A stretch of DNA of 64,000 nt. It comes from Antedon mediterranea. Its lineage: Eukaryota > Animalia > Echinodermata. The translations under genes and the position numbers were made by a program. Below, piece after piece: positions 52,701-63,612 of this stretch (position 1 is the stretch's first letter; each line of letters starts with the position of its first letter). Under the pieces are notes generated by a model. That model was given only the letters and a program-made list of their open reading frames with translations, did no database searches and was not told the DNA's origin. The DNA is taken from contig NC_092671.1 in the NCBI RefSeq assembly GCF_964355755.1, positions 24,750,070-24,814,069 of the forward strand, read 5' to 3'.

Positions 52701-55700
52701 ACTAAAATTAGCACCCTGGGAATTACTTCCGAAAAAGAAACTTGTCACAAAATGAGACCAATTGTTAAAGTCAAATTTAAACAAACTTAATTTGTGTTTT
52801 ATATGTAACATTAGGGTTGAGGGATGGGGAAGAGGATGGGTGCAAAGAGGAACAATTTTTAAATATATTCTTTATCCATTTAGTAACGAAATATTAATTG
52901 TTTTCATGTTTTACAACTAATATACCACTAAACACAGTAAAACATTGCGATGTAATACTTGTTGAAACTATCACCGTCCTAGTCGATTGAAAAGTACAGT
53001 ACATGTAACGATACATCACTACGACGACGTGTATATGTTTATATAATGTAAAACAATTTGTGAAAACCACCTCTATTCGAGGCAAATCATAAATTCGATT
53101 TAATCGTCAATATATATTAAATTATCTAACTCAACTTAATTAGTAGGCCTAATGGTTTTCAATTGTTTCTTAGAGCCAATTCATACTTAAGTTTATTTAT
53201 TTATTTATTTTATTTATTTATTCTGGTATAAAACTTACAACAAGTAGCCGCAAGGCTAAAAACGTTGCAATTACAAAATTACTATACAAAACTTACATAA
53301 CAATAAAAAGGATGTAAAAAATGAAATAACAACAATATCACTCTGACTCTTTGGCTCATGAACTATTGTTTAGCAAACAGAGATTGGAATGTTCCATTCA
53401 TCGCAAATCAATACATTTGTAAAAACGTATATTAAATCTATCAAAATAGCATTTTTTAAATAAAATCGGCCTGTCTTCAACATTATGATGCTGTACTCGA
53501 ACTGTTCAACCGGTTTTCAGCTATTAAAAACAATTATCGTAGGAGGAGATAGGAAAATGCGAAGTGTCCTCGTATTATTGTGTGCGGGTATTTTTCAAAT
53601 TGGACATCCATTAGACAGTGTATACCACGATCGGAAAACACCCCTATTTGGGGCAAATCGTTGAACCTAAATTCGTTTTAATCGTCAATAACTAATTATC
53701 GAATTCAATTTAATTAGTAAACAGGGTTACATCAGGTGGTTAAAATCAGTACCGAAAGTACGAACCAACTTTACATACCATCGAGTAAACATTCTAGAAA
53801 TAACGCGCGATTTACCGAATTTTGCCTTTACGTAAATTTATATATAGATTGTAATGCAATATTTTGTAAGAAAATGACCGGAAGTAAAGTTATTCACCAT
53901 TGACATAGAGAATAGCTATTTACATTATAGACTAGTCCAGATTTTAGAAAAATTAAATGCTGTAGGCATTTCGTGTTAAAAGTGAAAAAACATGTGTTTT
54001 AGGGTAATTTTGGGGTGCTGAATTCAAATCTGCTGTTTACCCGGCCAAATTTTTTGATCTTCACCCTTAAAATGTGAAAAACAAAATGGCCGCCATTTCA
54101 GACTTATTTTGGCTTATAACTTGACTTTTAAGTGACGTAGCAAGTTAAAAATTGTGTCTATACCTATGTTTGTGATACTGAGGATTCAAAATATATTGTT
54201 ATTAAAGTTGTAAATATTCTATTTTAGCCACCATGTTGAAATCCAAGATGGCCACCATTTTAAACATATTTTGGCTTAACTTGACTTTTAATTAACATAG
54301 TAGGTTAAAAATGATGTCTATACCTATGTTTGTGATACTGAGGATTCCAAATATATTTTTATATTAAAAAGTTGTAAATATTCTATTTCAGCCACCATGT
54401 TGAAATCCAAGATGGCCGCCATTTAAAACGTATTTATTATTTTGTAAGAAAATGACCGGAAGTAAAGTTATTCACCATTGACATAGAGAATAGCTATTTA
54501 CATTATATTATTACAAGGATGGATAAATATTGGTCAGATGTTTTGGCCCTACTCTGACGTAATTTTCACTTTTACTAAGAATACATCATTAATACTTAAG
54601 TAATGTGGGACTCGCAACAACCTCCTAATAAATAGCCTGGCGTTCACTAGGATAATTATGTTATGCATTCAGTTCTTTTCTAAACTCACATTTTTAAATA
54701 TTGTTTTCAATTGCCATTTTGAACCTCTATAAATGTATTAATTGAAGATTTCTGATTTAGCTAAAATTAGTAAATGTCAGAGTGAGATTTGATGGTAATT
54801 ATAACCTATATTATTAGGAAGGTATCTTGCAAATTTGTTCATGCCCATGACTGGTTTTCATTTATATGCTCGTCTGATACATTGCCATCTAATCTAACAC
54901 AAATGAACCAGCTTGGCTTGATGTAGATGACCCAATAACAGTGAATAAAAGATTGAGACATTAATTTGAATGTAAAGAAAAAAAAATGTATTTAAATAGT
55001 GCTCTTTTCAGGCTCTAGAACAGAAGGAAAACAGTTAAAATGGGTTGGTGCTCTTGTTGGCATTACTTAAGAGGAGGAAATCGAACTAGAAATCCCATCG
55101 AACTCGCTCTTCAACACAAAACACACAAATCCTTCCAAGATTTCATCAAAATACATTCATAACAAAATCAACACAACATTGTCTTAGTAATCATTTCAAA
55201 GAAGTAAAAAATATATCTTAAACAGAGTTTTTTTTTAAGTTTGTGAGCAAAGTCTGGTTGTGGACTCCCTGAAATGAAAATGAAACTAAACACATTTAGT
55301 AGCTTAAAGGAGATAAAATTAAACATCAAAAACCTCGTGTTCACTTCTAACAATCTCACTCCTTAAATTGGTTCCTTGGCTTGGCGATATGACTCACAAA
55401 ATGGCAGTCAATGTTAGCATTGAAAGATTGCTTCTCATAACCACGTAATAATGTATGGCCGGCAGCAGTTCAATGTATGAGAAACCTCCATATATGAAAA
55501 TATTTCAAGAACAAGCATTAAAGGTACAAAAGTTAAAGAATCTCTCTCACTCCTTGACTGTCTTAATGGCAACAAGGATGCCGACACAATAAATGCATAG
55601 TACTGATGTAATTAAAGATGTTTTAATCCAGAAAAAATGTAAAAAGTATAGCAATTAACATTTCAGGAAAAGTGCAGGAAGAATCAATTTATTGAAGTGA

Positions 55701-58615
55701 ATGGAAGGAAAATAAATACAGTGCAATGAATTTCTACTGTAATTTTTACTATTGTCCAAAGTTGTTTACATATTTAAATGTGCTTACTTACACTATAAAG
55801 TATATACTATTTATATATAAAAACTAAATATGTGATTAGAAATTAAATATTCGAATGATGATAATAGGTATAAACTCATTTTTTAATCCCTACCACAAAC
55901 AATTGATGATACATGCTCAAATAGATAAATGCTTATATTACATAAAGTTCATGTTTATTAGGTCAAAGGTCAATTACTTTACTTCCGGTCATTTTCTAAC
56001 AAAATGTTGCATTAAAATAAATATAAATATGTATGTTCTGAGCAATTTGAGACCATTTTTAAATTTCTATAATCAGCCATTTTTTAGATACAGTTCGAGT
56101 CAAGGTCAAGGGTCAATAGTGCAGAAAAATACCATTTCCGGTTACATTTAGTACAAATGTTCTATTACAACAAATATAAATATATTTATTCCGAGTATTT
56201 TGATACCAATATCTTGTCAATAGAACAAAGGGTTATGGAGATATGACCAGAGACTACTGAATAAAAATCCTTGTAAGCTATTCTCTATGTCAAAGGTCAA
56301 TAACTTTGCTTCCAGACATTTTTTAACAAAATATTGCATTACAATAAATATAAATATATAAGGTCTGAGCAATTTGAGACCATTTTTAAATTTCCATGAC
56401 CAGCCGTTTTTAAGATACAGTACGAGTCAAGGTCAAGGGTCAATAGCATTAGCGTAGCCTTTTTTCGAATGTTGTTGAGTTCTTTGTCGACATAAGCCCA
56501 CCTTTAAGCTATTATGACTTTTGTGAGCATAATTGTTTTCTTATCTTTTTCTAACAGATTTTTGACCTGAAAGGATCATTGCGCAATCGTCATGTGAAGA
56601 TATCCGGTGTGGAAACAGGAGAAATAGTTCTAATGGATGAGAATTTACTTAAAGGTTATATGATATTTTAATTCTCTAAGTTATAGTAAATTTCTACATT
56701 TGTTGTGATGAATAAGTTTACCACCAGCAATGAGAGCTTAAAATAAGAAGTCTAGGCTATCACTACAAAAACTTACAAAAACAGAGTTTGTAGAAGTGTC
56801 CGGTGCCTGCCTAATGCTAGTCACCATCTGAAAGATAACCGCAAAGTCTGCTGTTCCTTTCACTTAGTACACAAAACCTAAATTAGTTTTCTGTAGTTGT
56901 GTCAACTAATCTACACTATAGCAAACTCGGAGTTTGCTCAAATTTGCTAGGCTTAAGAATATAAAGCTGATCTGTATAGTCTTATTGCAAGAAGCTTACT
57001 TTAATATTTTAATGTGTAAATCAATGTTTATAGACCTTTATTTTAATATATTTATCAACTATATAATTACAAAATCCTTACAATTGTATAATATGTTGAT
57101 CTTTTTTATTGCATCTAGTTATGGTAGATTCTCCAATATACATCAGACCACATACTAAAACAGTGCTAAGCAGAGCAGTAAACAATGACTCTACATTTCT
57201 TGCTAGTCACTTTATAATGGACTACTCGCTGTTGGTTGGAATAGATGACTCTACAAATGAGCTGGTTGTCGGAATTATCGGTTAGTTGGGTTAATCGTCT
57301 TTACTTCCATTCTCAAAATGAGTTTTAGGGCATTTTATAATGTATTTATTTTATATTTAATACAAATAAATGTTTGAGTTTAATATGGCGAAATTTGAAG
57401 GAATAACTGTTAATTCAATAAAGCGAAGCACTTTGAGTTGGAAAGTCAGGCTTGCAATGAATAAAAATATTCTTCCAATTGAACGAACAAATCATTAATT
57501 ATTCATTATTTTATATATATGTGTACTGTTCATTTTTTTCCGATAAGATCAACTTCCAGTACACTCATCTGAAAATGAGTACATGGTTGAAAAATACTAG
57601 GGAGGATAATTCAACAAAGAAACTGGCCACTCTACCCTATAATAATGACTTTCACTATGTCGACCGATGCCCAATGACGTTATTTTTTATGATATACACA
57701 TGCACTATAGTTAAATTTGAGAACTTGTTCAGTGTCATTTTGATGATCGCTCCCATAATTTAAATCATAATAATCAACCAATAAAAGGACTTTGGTGTGT
57801 TATATAATAATAGTATGGTATTTATACATCAAGTAAAATAAAGGCTGTTTCGTTATATAATGTGTGTTTTCTTTATTCCTTTTATAGATTATATTAGGAC
57901 ATTCACTTGGGATAAAAAACTGGAAATGTTTGTAAAATCTGTTGGAAATCAAGGTAAAATACAATTTAAAATTTGACCATTTCAAACAACTAAAAATATG
58001 TTTATAAATTCATCACTAATTTACTTTTTATTGTCTATACTTATTTTGTAGATACCGTAAGCAGGTAAAATGTAATTTATTTTATTTTAAAAGCTCACTT
58101 GGATGTACCCTACCTGTCTGAAATGTATTTCCAGCCAGAGTCAATGACAGGTTAACGCTGTTCAGGATTCCATCTTTAAGGATCCATCTATATGTTTCTA
58201 CTAGGGAAATTATGATTTCATTGCCTTGACTGCCTACTTTTCAACTTTCAACAGTACAATAAAACCCCTATAAACGACGCTTTGTAGATAAAGTTTACCT
58301 TTAATATGTGTGTCTCTTACCAGGACACTCAATCACTTGGTTACAGCAAAGTAATAAGGGTTCACCCATAGCAGGTGGTATTGCCATTTCATTCGTTTCA
58401 TTAATTATTTGCTTTTATTTTTTTAAATGGTAATAAAGACCTTATTGTATAAACTAAATATAATACTAAATCATATTTTTGTTTCAGGTAAAATGCCAAC
58501 AGTCCTATCTCCCGAATTATACCGGACAAGATTCTGTGAAGCTATGGACTGCTACTTCCTGATGGTACCAGAATACTGGACTGGTTTAGGAAAGGAAATA
58601 CAGTTGAATCCATAA
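16915..58615 (+). CDS. PIKFYVE: PIKfyve/Fab1 1-phosphatidylinositol-3-phosphate 5-kinase, complete spliced CDS (about 2233 aa)
   Basis: 38 GT-AG exons with consistent phases: 16915-17023, 18331-18653, 20146-20335, 23270-23459, 24059-24200, 24681-24838, 25494-25605, 26177-26300, 26848-26988, 28958-29050, 29853-30088, 30430-30570, 31804-31908, 32417-32557, 33250-33373, 33838-33932, 34856-36261, 36626-36797, 37257-37435, 38167-38280, 38842-38953, 39168-39285, 39926-40128, 40923-41109, 43451-43579, 44168-44284, 44769-44937, 45346-45441, 46686-46849, 47286-47456, 48062-48139, 48477-48653, 49337-49440, 49800-49928, 56558-56654, 57119-57280, 57888-57953, 58488-58615. Domain order FYVE-DEP-CCT/TCP1-CCR-PIPK. 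Confidence 0.95.
17006..17145 (+). repeat. 4 x 35-bp tandem repeat spanning an exon-intron junction
   Basis: GATGGAGTGTCAGCTCAG|GTAATTAGTATTGTAGG at 17006, 17041, 17076 and 17111. Confidence 0.95.
18331..18653 (+). CDS. PIKFYVE: PIKfyve exon 2
   Basis: Ser-rich; ends RSLNSIVNHLSKIIERRGQ; AG/GT bounded. Confidence 0.85.
18851..19799 (-). mobile_element. Non-autonomous Helitron
   Basis: Minus strand begins TCTATATATTAA and ends CGGGTTACTGCTAG; inserted between A and T with no TSD. Confidence 0.7.
20146..20335 (+). CDS. PIKFYVE: PIKfyve FYVE-domain exon
   Basis: DFKQYWMPDSQCKECYECGDKFTTFRRRHHCRVCGQIFCSRCC contains the WxxD and RRHHCR motifs. Confidence 0.96.
23270..23459 (+). CDS. PIKFYVE: PIKfyve exon 4 (end of FYVE)
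   Basis: GSLRVCTSCCNVVLSYAQS contains the RVC motif. Confidence 0.9.
24681..24838 (+). CDS. PIKFYVE: PIKfyve DEP-domain exon
   Basis: DSIQLRDLW...GIEFQSHRYRLRTYPDCIVGSQVVDWLL. Confidence 0.92.
25494..25605 (+). CDS. PIKFYVE: PIKfyve DEP-domain exon 2
   Basis: RVQAVAIGQALLDAKWIECV...LFQDEYALY. Confidence 0.92.
25905..26150. mobile_element. Degenerate MITE (PIF/Harbinger-like ends)
   Basis: AGGCTACTACACACTAGGATGATAACG vs CGTTATCGTTCTAGTGTAAATGGGCCT; a related copy lies near 30713-30955. Confidence 0.45.
27294..27918. mobile_element. Tc1/mariner-pogo-type MITE
   Basis: TIR CCGTACTGACGCGGCTATAAGCCCA / TGGGCTTATACCCGCGTCAGTACGG, TA TSD, subterminal CTTATACCCGAG repeats. Confidence 0.88.
28383..28879. 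mobile_element. TTAA-flanked MITE (Kolobok-like)
   Basis: TTAA|AGATGTATT...AATACATCT|TTAA. Related ends occur at about 40532-40857 and 63159-63491. Confidence 0.75.
29853..30088 (+). CDS. PIKFYVE: PIKfyve exon 11
   Basis: HGWLDAEDLNEENGEKMAMERLSSANYKHLVALLHQLL. Confidence 0.9.
30430..30570 (+). CDS. PIKFYVE: PIKfyve CCT/TCP1-like exon
   Basis: VKPDVRYQNDEMDIRYYVHIKKVAGG...VNGVVCTKNVAHRS. Confidence 0.93.
31723..31784 (+). repeat. (TAA)n microsatellite
   Basis: About 20 perfect TAA units ending about 20 nt upstream of the 31804 acceptor. Confidence 0.97.
32417..32557 (+). CDS. PIKFYVE: PIKfyve CCT/TCP1-like exon
   Basis: EHEYLKNYVHKISTLKPTVLVVEKSVARLAQDFLL. Confidence 0.93.
34856..36261 (+). 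CDS. PIKFYVE: PIKfyve large central exon (1406 nt)
   Basis: VKKVLQLMLFAAYHSRLEMSFLMDEFAMPP...LADYRARG...DFYGNNDIPLGLFLERYCFR. Confidence 0.95.
36626..36797 (+). CDS. PIKFYVE: PIKfyve CCR-region exon
   Basis: SYKCPSETCDASMVDHVRRFVHG...ILSWSWCRRCKQ. Confidence 0.92.
37257..37435 (+). CDS. PIKFYVE: PIKfyve CCR-region exon
   Basis: VTPVQPLSNDTWSMSFAKYLELRFYG...CPHSLHRHHYQYF. Confidence 0.94.
37708..37915. mobile_element. Small MITE
   Basis: AGGCCAACTCAG...CTGAGTTGACCT inverted ends, plus internal TACGACGAGGCCCGA / TCGGGCCTCGTA. Confidence 0.6.
40532..40857. mobile_element. Degenerate MITE, same family as 63159-63491
   Basis: tattgtccctcaaaaaacatgaaaaatgaagattaattaaa...ttggctggcagccaat aligns with the reverse complement of about 63230-63491. 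Confidence 0.6.
44325..44576. mobile_element. Degenerate CAGTAG-ended TA-flanked MITE
   Basis: TA|CAGTAGAA...TTCTACTG|TA. Confidence 0.55.
45346..45441 (+). CDS. PIKFYVE: PIKfyve exon 28
   Basis: VPVIVRDQEPSTIIAYALS is a conserved pre-kinase motif. Confidence 0.9.
45466..46657 (+). repeat. 15-bp minisatellite array (TCATTG(A/T)CTTCCTCA) filling an intron
   Basis: About 1.2 kb of 15/18-bp units with higher-order duplication (the same variant block recurs near 45725 and 46003). It explains the spurious low-complexity ORFs there. Confidence 0.95.
47218..47232 (+). CDS. PIKFYVE: Candidate 15-nt microexon of PIKfyve
   Basis: tttgcaatctgtAG|TTCTCAAAGGCAAAG|GTaact; frame-preserving with no stop codon. 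Confidence 0.5.
48477..48653 (+). CDS. PIKFYVE: PIKfyve PIPK kinase exon
   Basis: KFYCRIYYAEEFRNLR...FIRSLS..WIARGGKSGSRFLKT contains the GGKSG loop. Confidence 0.95.
49337..49440 (+). CDS. PIKFYVE: PIKfyve PIPK kinase exon
   Basis: DDRFILKQMSRLEFQSFQEFGPQYFKYL includes the ATP-binding Lys. Confidence 0.94.
49800..49928 (+). CDS. PIKFYVE: PIKfyve PIPK kinase exon
   Basis: PTALAVILGVYRVGFRNS...DLLIMENLFFDRKMSQ. Confidence 0.94.
50580..50912 (+). repeat. Degenerate GGGGTA(A/G)TTGTCCTA tandem array
   Basis: Repeated ggggtagttgtccta / ggggtaattgtcc units, probably a subterminal repeat of a DNA transposon remnant. Confidence 0.6.
52000..56447. mobile_element. Large foldback-like element with tandem ~300-bp units in inverted arms
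   Basis: Units containing GTCTATTGACAAGATATTGGTATCAAAATA / CCTTGACCTTGACTCG at about 52020-52520 recur inverted at about 55960-56447. Boundaries are approximate. Confidence 0.65.
52526..53848 (-). mobile_element. Non-autonomous Helitron, full length
   Basis: Minus strand 5' TCTATATATAAATTTACG; 3' end CTAG with hairpin CTAGATGGTACGC-N11-GCGTACCATCTAG; A|T insertion without TSD. Confidence 0.85.
56558..56654 (+). CDS. PIKFYVE: PIKfyve PIPK kinase exon
   Basis: IFDLKGSLRNRHV...VLMDENLLK contains the DLKGS motif. Confidence 0.95.
57119..57280 (+). CDS. PIKFYVE: PIKfyve PIPK kinase exon
   Basis: NDSTFLASHFIMDYSLLVGID...LVVGII contains the MDYSL motif. Confidence 0.95.
57888..57953 (+). CDS. PIKFYVE: PIKfyve PIPK kinase exon
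   Basis: DYIRTFTWDKKLEMFVKS. Confidence 0.95.
58488..58615 (+). CDS. PIKFYVE: PIKfyve last coding exon
   Basis: GKMPTVLSPELYRTRFCEAMDCYFLMVPEYWTGLG...*. Confidence 0.95.
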
Positions 58616-59868
58616 TAATTGTTCATTATTCTATGTTTCTGATAATCAATAAAGAAAGAACCAGTCCAAAAGCATTCCATGATGAATACAATTCCCTGTG
58701 GACACTTGTTTCCTTATTACATGGCAGAGACACCCATCCTCCATTCCCTTTTCAAAAGGTGAAAACAATTGGAAGGCTTCTAGAAAATTATTTTTTTCAT
58801 ACACCTAGATCCAACATTCTTGAAGCGCCCTTATCAGCCATGGAACTTAAATTGAAATCAAGATTGCAGGAATATGCAGATAGTTGTGAATTGTTGCCAA
58901 CCACCTGATCTCTAGGGCTAGTGTGAATATAACAACAGAGTAAGGATTCATATGAACACATTGAAAAAGTTACGACATTTGTAATTCAATTCATTGTTTA
59001 TATATTGTTAATCTATTGCAAGTCATTATTTTATATTTTTTCTTATAATTCAGTTGTAAGTCAATTTTTTTTATTCTTTTTCTGTCTTAAATTTTAAATG
59101 CTTTTATTCCAGTTATCAAATATTGTTGACAGAACTTTATTAAAAGTGGGTTTTTTTTCAGCATTGAAATAGATTTCAAAATGAGAGGTTTAAAGTTATT
59201 TTAATTCCACAGTTATTTTCTTAATGTTAATTGTATTATTATATATTTTGGTCAGTCCCAGTACAGTACTTTTATTCTGATATTTCTTCATATAATATGT
59301 TTATGTTTTTGCAGAACTTAGTTCTGTTAAATGTACTTTGTAAGTATACTGTAGCAGTGATAACTACAGAAATTTCACTTTATTTTATTATTTGTCATGT
59401 TAAAATTGTTCTATGTTCATTTTTACAACATTTTTTCTGCAAAAGCTTGTTTTAATGTAAAAGTTAATGAGGCAGTCACTGTAATAAACATTTACATAAA
59501 AAAGGTTGTTAAACAATTGTGTAATCAATCACATAACTTCAAACTGCAGTAGAATCATGCTGACATGGTCCCTTTTATGCACAGTATTTGTATCCAAAAA
59601 TATTTGTATGATAATATTTTAATATTGAGTTATTTAGATGATCATATTATTATAAATCTATTGTGCTAACAGAAAATTAAGTGTAAGTAAGTTTTACCTT
59701 AGTGGCTTATAGTGTTGCATCACATGATATAGCTAGTCCTGACAATTCAGAATAAATGTTGAAATCATGTTTAGCCTATTACAGCATCTAGATAGTTTTA
59801 AAATGTCCAAAGTTTGTTACTGCAGTTGAAACAGGATAGCAAGATTATTTTCTTAAAAAATGATAATA

Positions 59869-59950
59869 CAGTCAACTCTCCCAATACCTTTAGGAAAGTA
59901 TTAGGAGAGTTTCTGGTTTTCGGAGAGTCTCGTATTGGGAGAGTTGACTG
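59869..59950. mobile_element. 82-bp MITE hairpin downstream of the PIKfyve stop
   Basis: Perfect 19-bp TIR CAGTCAACTCTCCCAATAC / GTATTGGGAGAGTTGACTG. Confidence 0.8.
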
Positions 59951-61706
59951 AATTAGTTGCAACTATTTATTAAATACATTACCAGCAATAGGTCTATAAT
60001 TTCCAACTCATAAAGCATATACATGGTTATGCAAGTGTAAAAAATGTATTTGTATAAGTTTGTTATTTTATAAATTAATATAAAGTTTAAATTGAACTGA
60101 TATAATGTGCAATGACTTTGATTATGAGTTATGCTATAGTAATTGCGAACAAGATAGAATATATTTTATATGATCCAATAATCAAGTTGTCATTATTGTT
60201 TATTGTGTTCCATAGTTTAATGGTGTCACTTTTGTGTTTTAATACCTCCAAGGTGGTGACTCTCTGTAGAGCAATAGCCTATTGGAATTGTCAAGAATTC
60301 ATTTTTTAATGCTTATTTTTTTGTCCGTTCACTAAAATGCAAGCATGATGCACATATTGTACAACAAACTTTATATTTATGAAAAGAGTGTTGTGTTGCA
60401 TAACTATGTGCAGATTTCTGAAATTCTAAGAATGATTAAACTTCAAAACTAATAGATATTTTTCAATGAAACTTAACACACATATGCTTCATATTAGGAT
60501 TAATCTTTCTGCATTATCATGAGCATTGATATTTTTCTCGTTATGTGCGCTTTGTAAATTAAAAATGCAATATTTTTCATTGTTGCACCACTCGTATGTA
60601 GCATAGAAAGAACATTTTTGCACAAGCTCATGTAGCATATCTGTTACCAAATTTATCCCAAAATTCAATATGTTGTTGCTACAACAATTCTCTTTACACA
60701 TATATTGCGTGAAATAAAAATTAACAGTCAACTAAACTGTTTACAATGCTAATACTGACTGCCGAAATAGCCTTATCGATCAACTGAAATGCCTATGGCT
60801 AGGGCCACAGCTGTGCTGTCCGTAGAACCATAGACCAAGCCTTAAACTGTATAATAGCAGGTGCAAGTTATGATGTGTTGCAAGATATAGCCTAACTCAT
60901 CACTGTAACGAGTACATCTAGTTTTTAATTAAAGGTATTAATTAAGGTATGATGATGATTACAGCAATGGCGGGGGACTGATATAAACAGTATTTGATAG
61001 GACAAACAGCTTGGTCCAACAATTTTTACATCTAAAATTATATAGACAAATTCAATAAATCAAATTAATTGAGGAAAATTGATACATGCAAGGAAAATTA
61101 CTATTTTAGTTACAATTTTATTTTTAAACTGCTAAATTAACCACAATGTAAATGATGTAGATGAGTTTTGAAATAATATTGCCAAGGGGGAAAAATTCTC
61201 TTCCTTTTTCAAAGATTACATCAAAAAAATATTATGTCATGGGAGCACATTCGTCTGGTAAACAACTTCACAATCTTCCAAAAAATATTTACAGTTTGCG
61301 AATCAAACATTAAAAGGAAATGAAAACTATTCCACTCCAAAGATAGTAAAGCCGTAGTTGGCATAATCATATTATATCCGTTAGTATTTCAGCAGTTAGT
61401 CACGTTTATACTTCCAAAGTACAACCTCCTCCAGTGCTACACATGAAAACGACCAAAATGTTTTACTTTCATTTAAATGTTTTTGAAAAGTTAAATTTTA
61501 ATAATTATATCACCGCCTTCCCCATCACAGCTAGACTGAGTAAAGTTAAATTAATTACACAATGATACATCAAATATGCCAATAAATCTAAGAAAATTTA
61601 TGAATGTAAAATCAATGTAAAATAATTAGCAGGTTAAAACTGTAAACTATAAATGATGAAGTTCAAAAATAAATGCCTAAAAAATATGGTAGTAAACATT
61701 TTTTTA

Positions 61707-62611
61707 GTGCCCACAGATGGTTCTCGAATACATAGTAATTTCAGTGTAAAAAAACTGTTCTAAAAAAAATGTATGTACTGCAGGACTAAAATACATTTCA
61801 TTTACAGAAACAAATAAATAGACACGATGACAACTAAAATTACTTCCGAAAAAGAAAGTTGTCACAAAATTAGTCAAAATTTTTGACTTGGACTCATTTA
61901 AACAAAGCTAATTTGTGTATATAACATTAGGGTTCAGGATGGGGGAGAGAATGGCCTACCCACACTCACAGTAATAAAGTTTATTTGTATATGTGTTTAT
62001 ATATCTATTTATATAGTACATATAACAGTACTAACACTCACAGTAAGAAATTTGCGATTCAAATGACGACCAAAAATGGTTAATACGTATTTACAGTGTT
62101 TGTCACATAAATTTACCTACTTGTGTTAAATCAAATAATTGTACTGAGACTGAGAGATTGGAATGTTCCATTCATCGCAAATAAATTTGTATAAACATAT
62201 ATTAAATCTATCAAATAATTTTTTTAAAGAAAATCGGCCTGTATTCAACGCTATGATGCTGTACTCTGGCTGTTCAACCGGTTTTCAGCTATTAAAAACA
62301 ATTATCGTAGAAGACATAGGTAAATATGAAGCATCCTTGCATTATTGTGTGCAGGTATTTTTCAAGATGGACATCCATTAGACAGTGTATACCACAAAGA
62401 ACACCCCTATTTGGGGAAAATCGTTGAACCTAAATTCGTTTTAATTGTCAATAACTAATTATTTAACTCAATTTAATTAGTAAATAGGGTTACATCACAT
62501 GGTTAAATTCAGTACCGAAAGTATGAACTAACTTGATATACCATTGAGTAAACATTCTAGAAGTTACACACGATTTACCGAATTGTGCCCTTACGTAAAT
62601 TTATATATAGA
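61707..62611 (-). mobile_element. Second copy of the 52526-53848 Helitron, 3'-truncated
   Basis: Shares GTGCCCACAGATGGTTCTCGAATACAT, GAGATTGGAATGTTCCATTCATCGCAAAT and the TTACGTAAATTTATATATAGA terminus; lacks the hairpin/CTAG end. Confidence 0.85.
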
Positions 62612-63158
62612 TACACCAAAGTAATATACAATTATGGAAAGTCATGCAAATGCATTCTGAAGAATACAAGTATGTTTATGATAATATTATATAGTATTTG
62701 ATAATAATATTATTATATTTACAAACAGACAAAACAAAACAACAATATTTACTATTTGAGATATTATATACTTTATTTTCAACAACCATTTTATCAATTG
62801 AAAATCAACAGTTTATTAGATATATTGCCCCCTGAGAAAATAATATGGTAATTTTTTCTGTTGAATATGCCATTTTATTGTCACATAAATAGTTATTCAT
62901 TATGACCTAAAGTTAGATTGAAAAAAAATTCATTTCCATATTACTAAAACTCTGCCTACACTATCAAATTTTATGTGACAAAAAAATGTGATGTCATCTT
63001 GTCCATATATGGCACATTTTTTTGTCACATAAAGTTTGATAGATGTGGATTTAATAATAATAATATCCTGGATTTATATAGCACCTAATGTTGTGAAAAT
63101 GCTGAACACTATTACCCCAGTGATTTTTTGAATCAAACACGTTTGGAAACATATGAGC

Positions 63159-63491
63159 TTGTCCCTCTGAAAAAACAATTTGTTTGTTGAATATGCCATT
63201 TTAATGTCATACAACAGTTATCCCCCTTGACCAAAAATCAGAGCCAAATAAAAAAATTAATACCTGAAAAAACTGCAATTTAAAGCAAAAAATAGTCAAA
63301 TTGGCTGCCAGCAAATGGATATTTGGTTGAATTTACCCATTTCTTTTGTCATTTTATATTAGGTGAAAACATTATTTTATTCCTCTTTGTTTCTACGGAA
63401 GTGATTAACTTTATTTAAATTACAAAATGGCCTAATTCAAAGTATGATTTAATTAATCTTTATTTTTTATGTTTTTGGGGGACAATACATC
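63159..63491. mobile_element. MITE related to 28383-28879 and 40532-40857
   Basis: Ends GGGGGACAATACATCT (reverse complement AGATGTATTGTCCCCC). Confidence 0.6.
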
Positions 63492-63612
63492 TGTAAGTGA
63501 TAAATTTGAATTTGGTTTGTAAAACCTATGCCAAACATAAACAAAAATGAAATTCTAAAATTGGTCTACTATGTTATTACTATTTATTGAAAATGTGTTT
63601 TTAACATTAGTT

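Noticed and set aside
58052-58064. Possible microexon between the last two PIKfyve exons (AG|ATACCGTAAGCAG|GT)
   Set aside because: The 5- or 13-nt options break the frame, and the flanking exons already join in frame.
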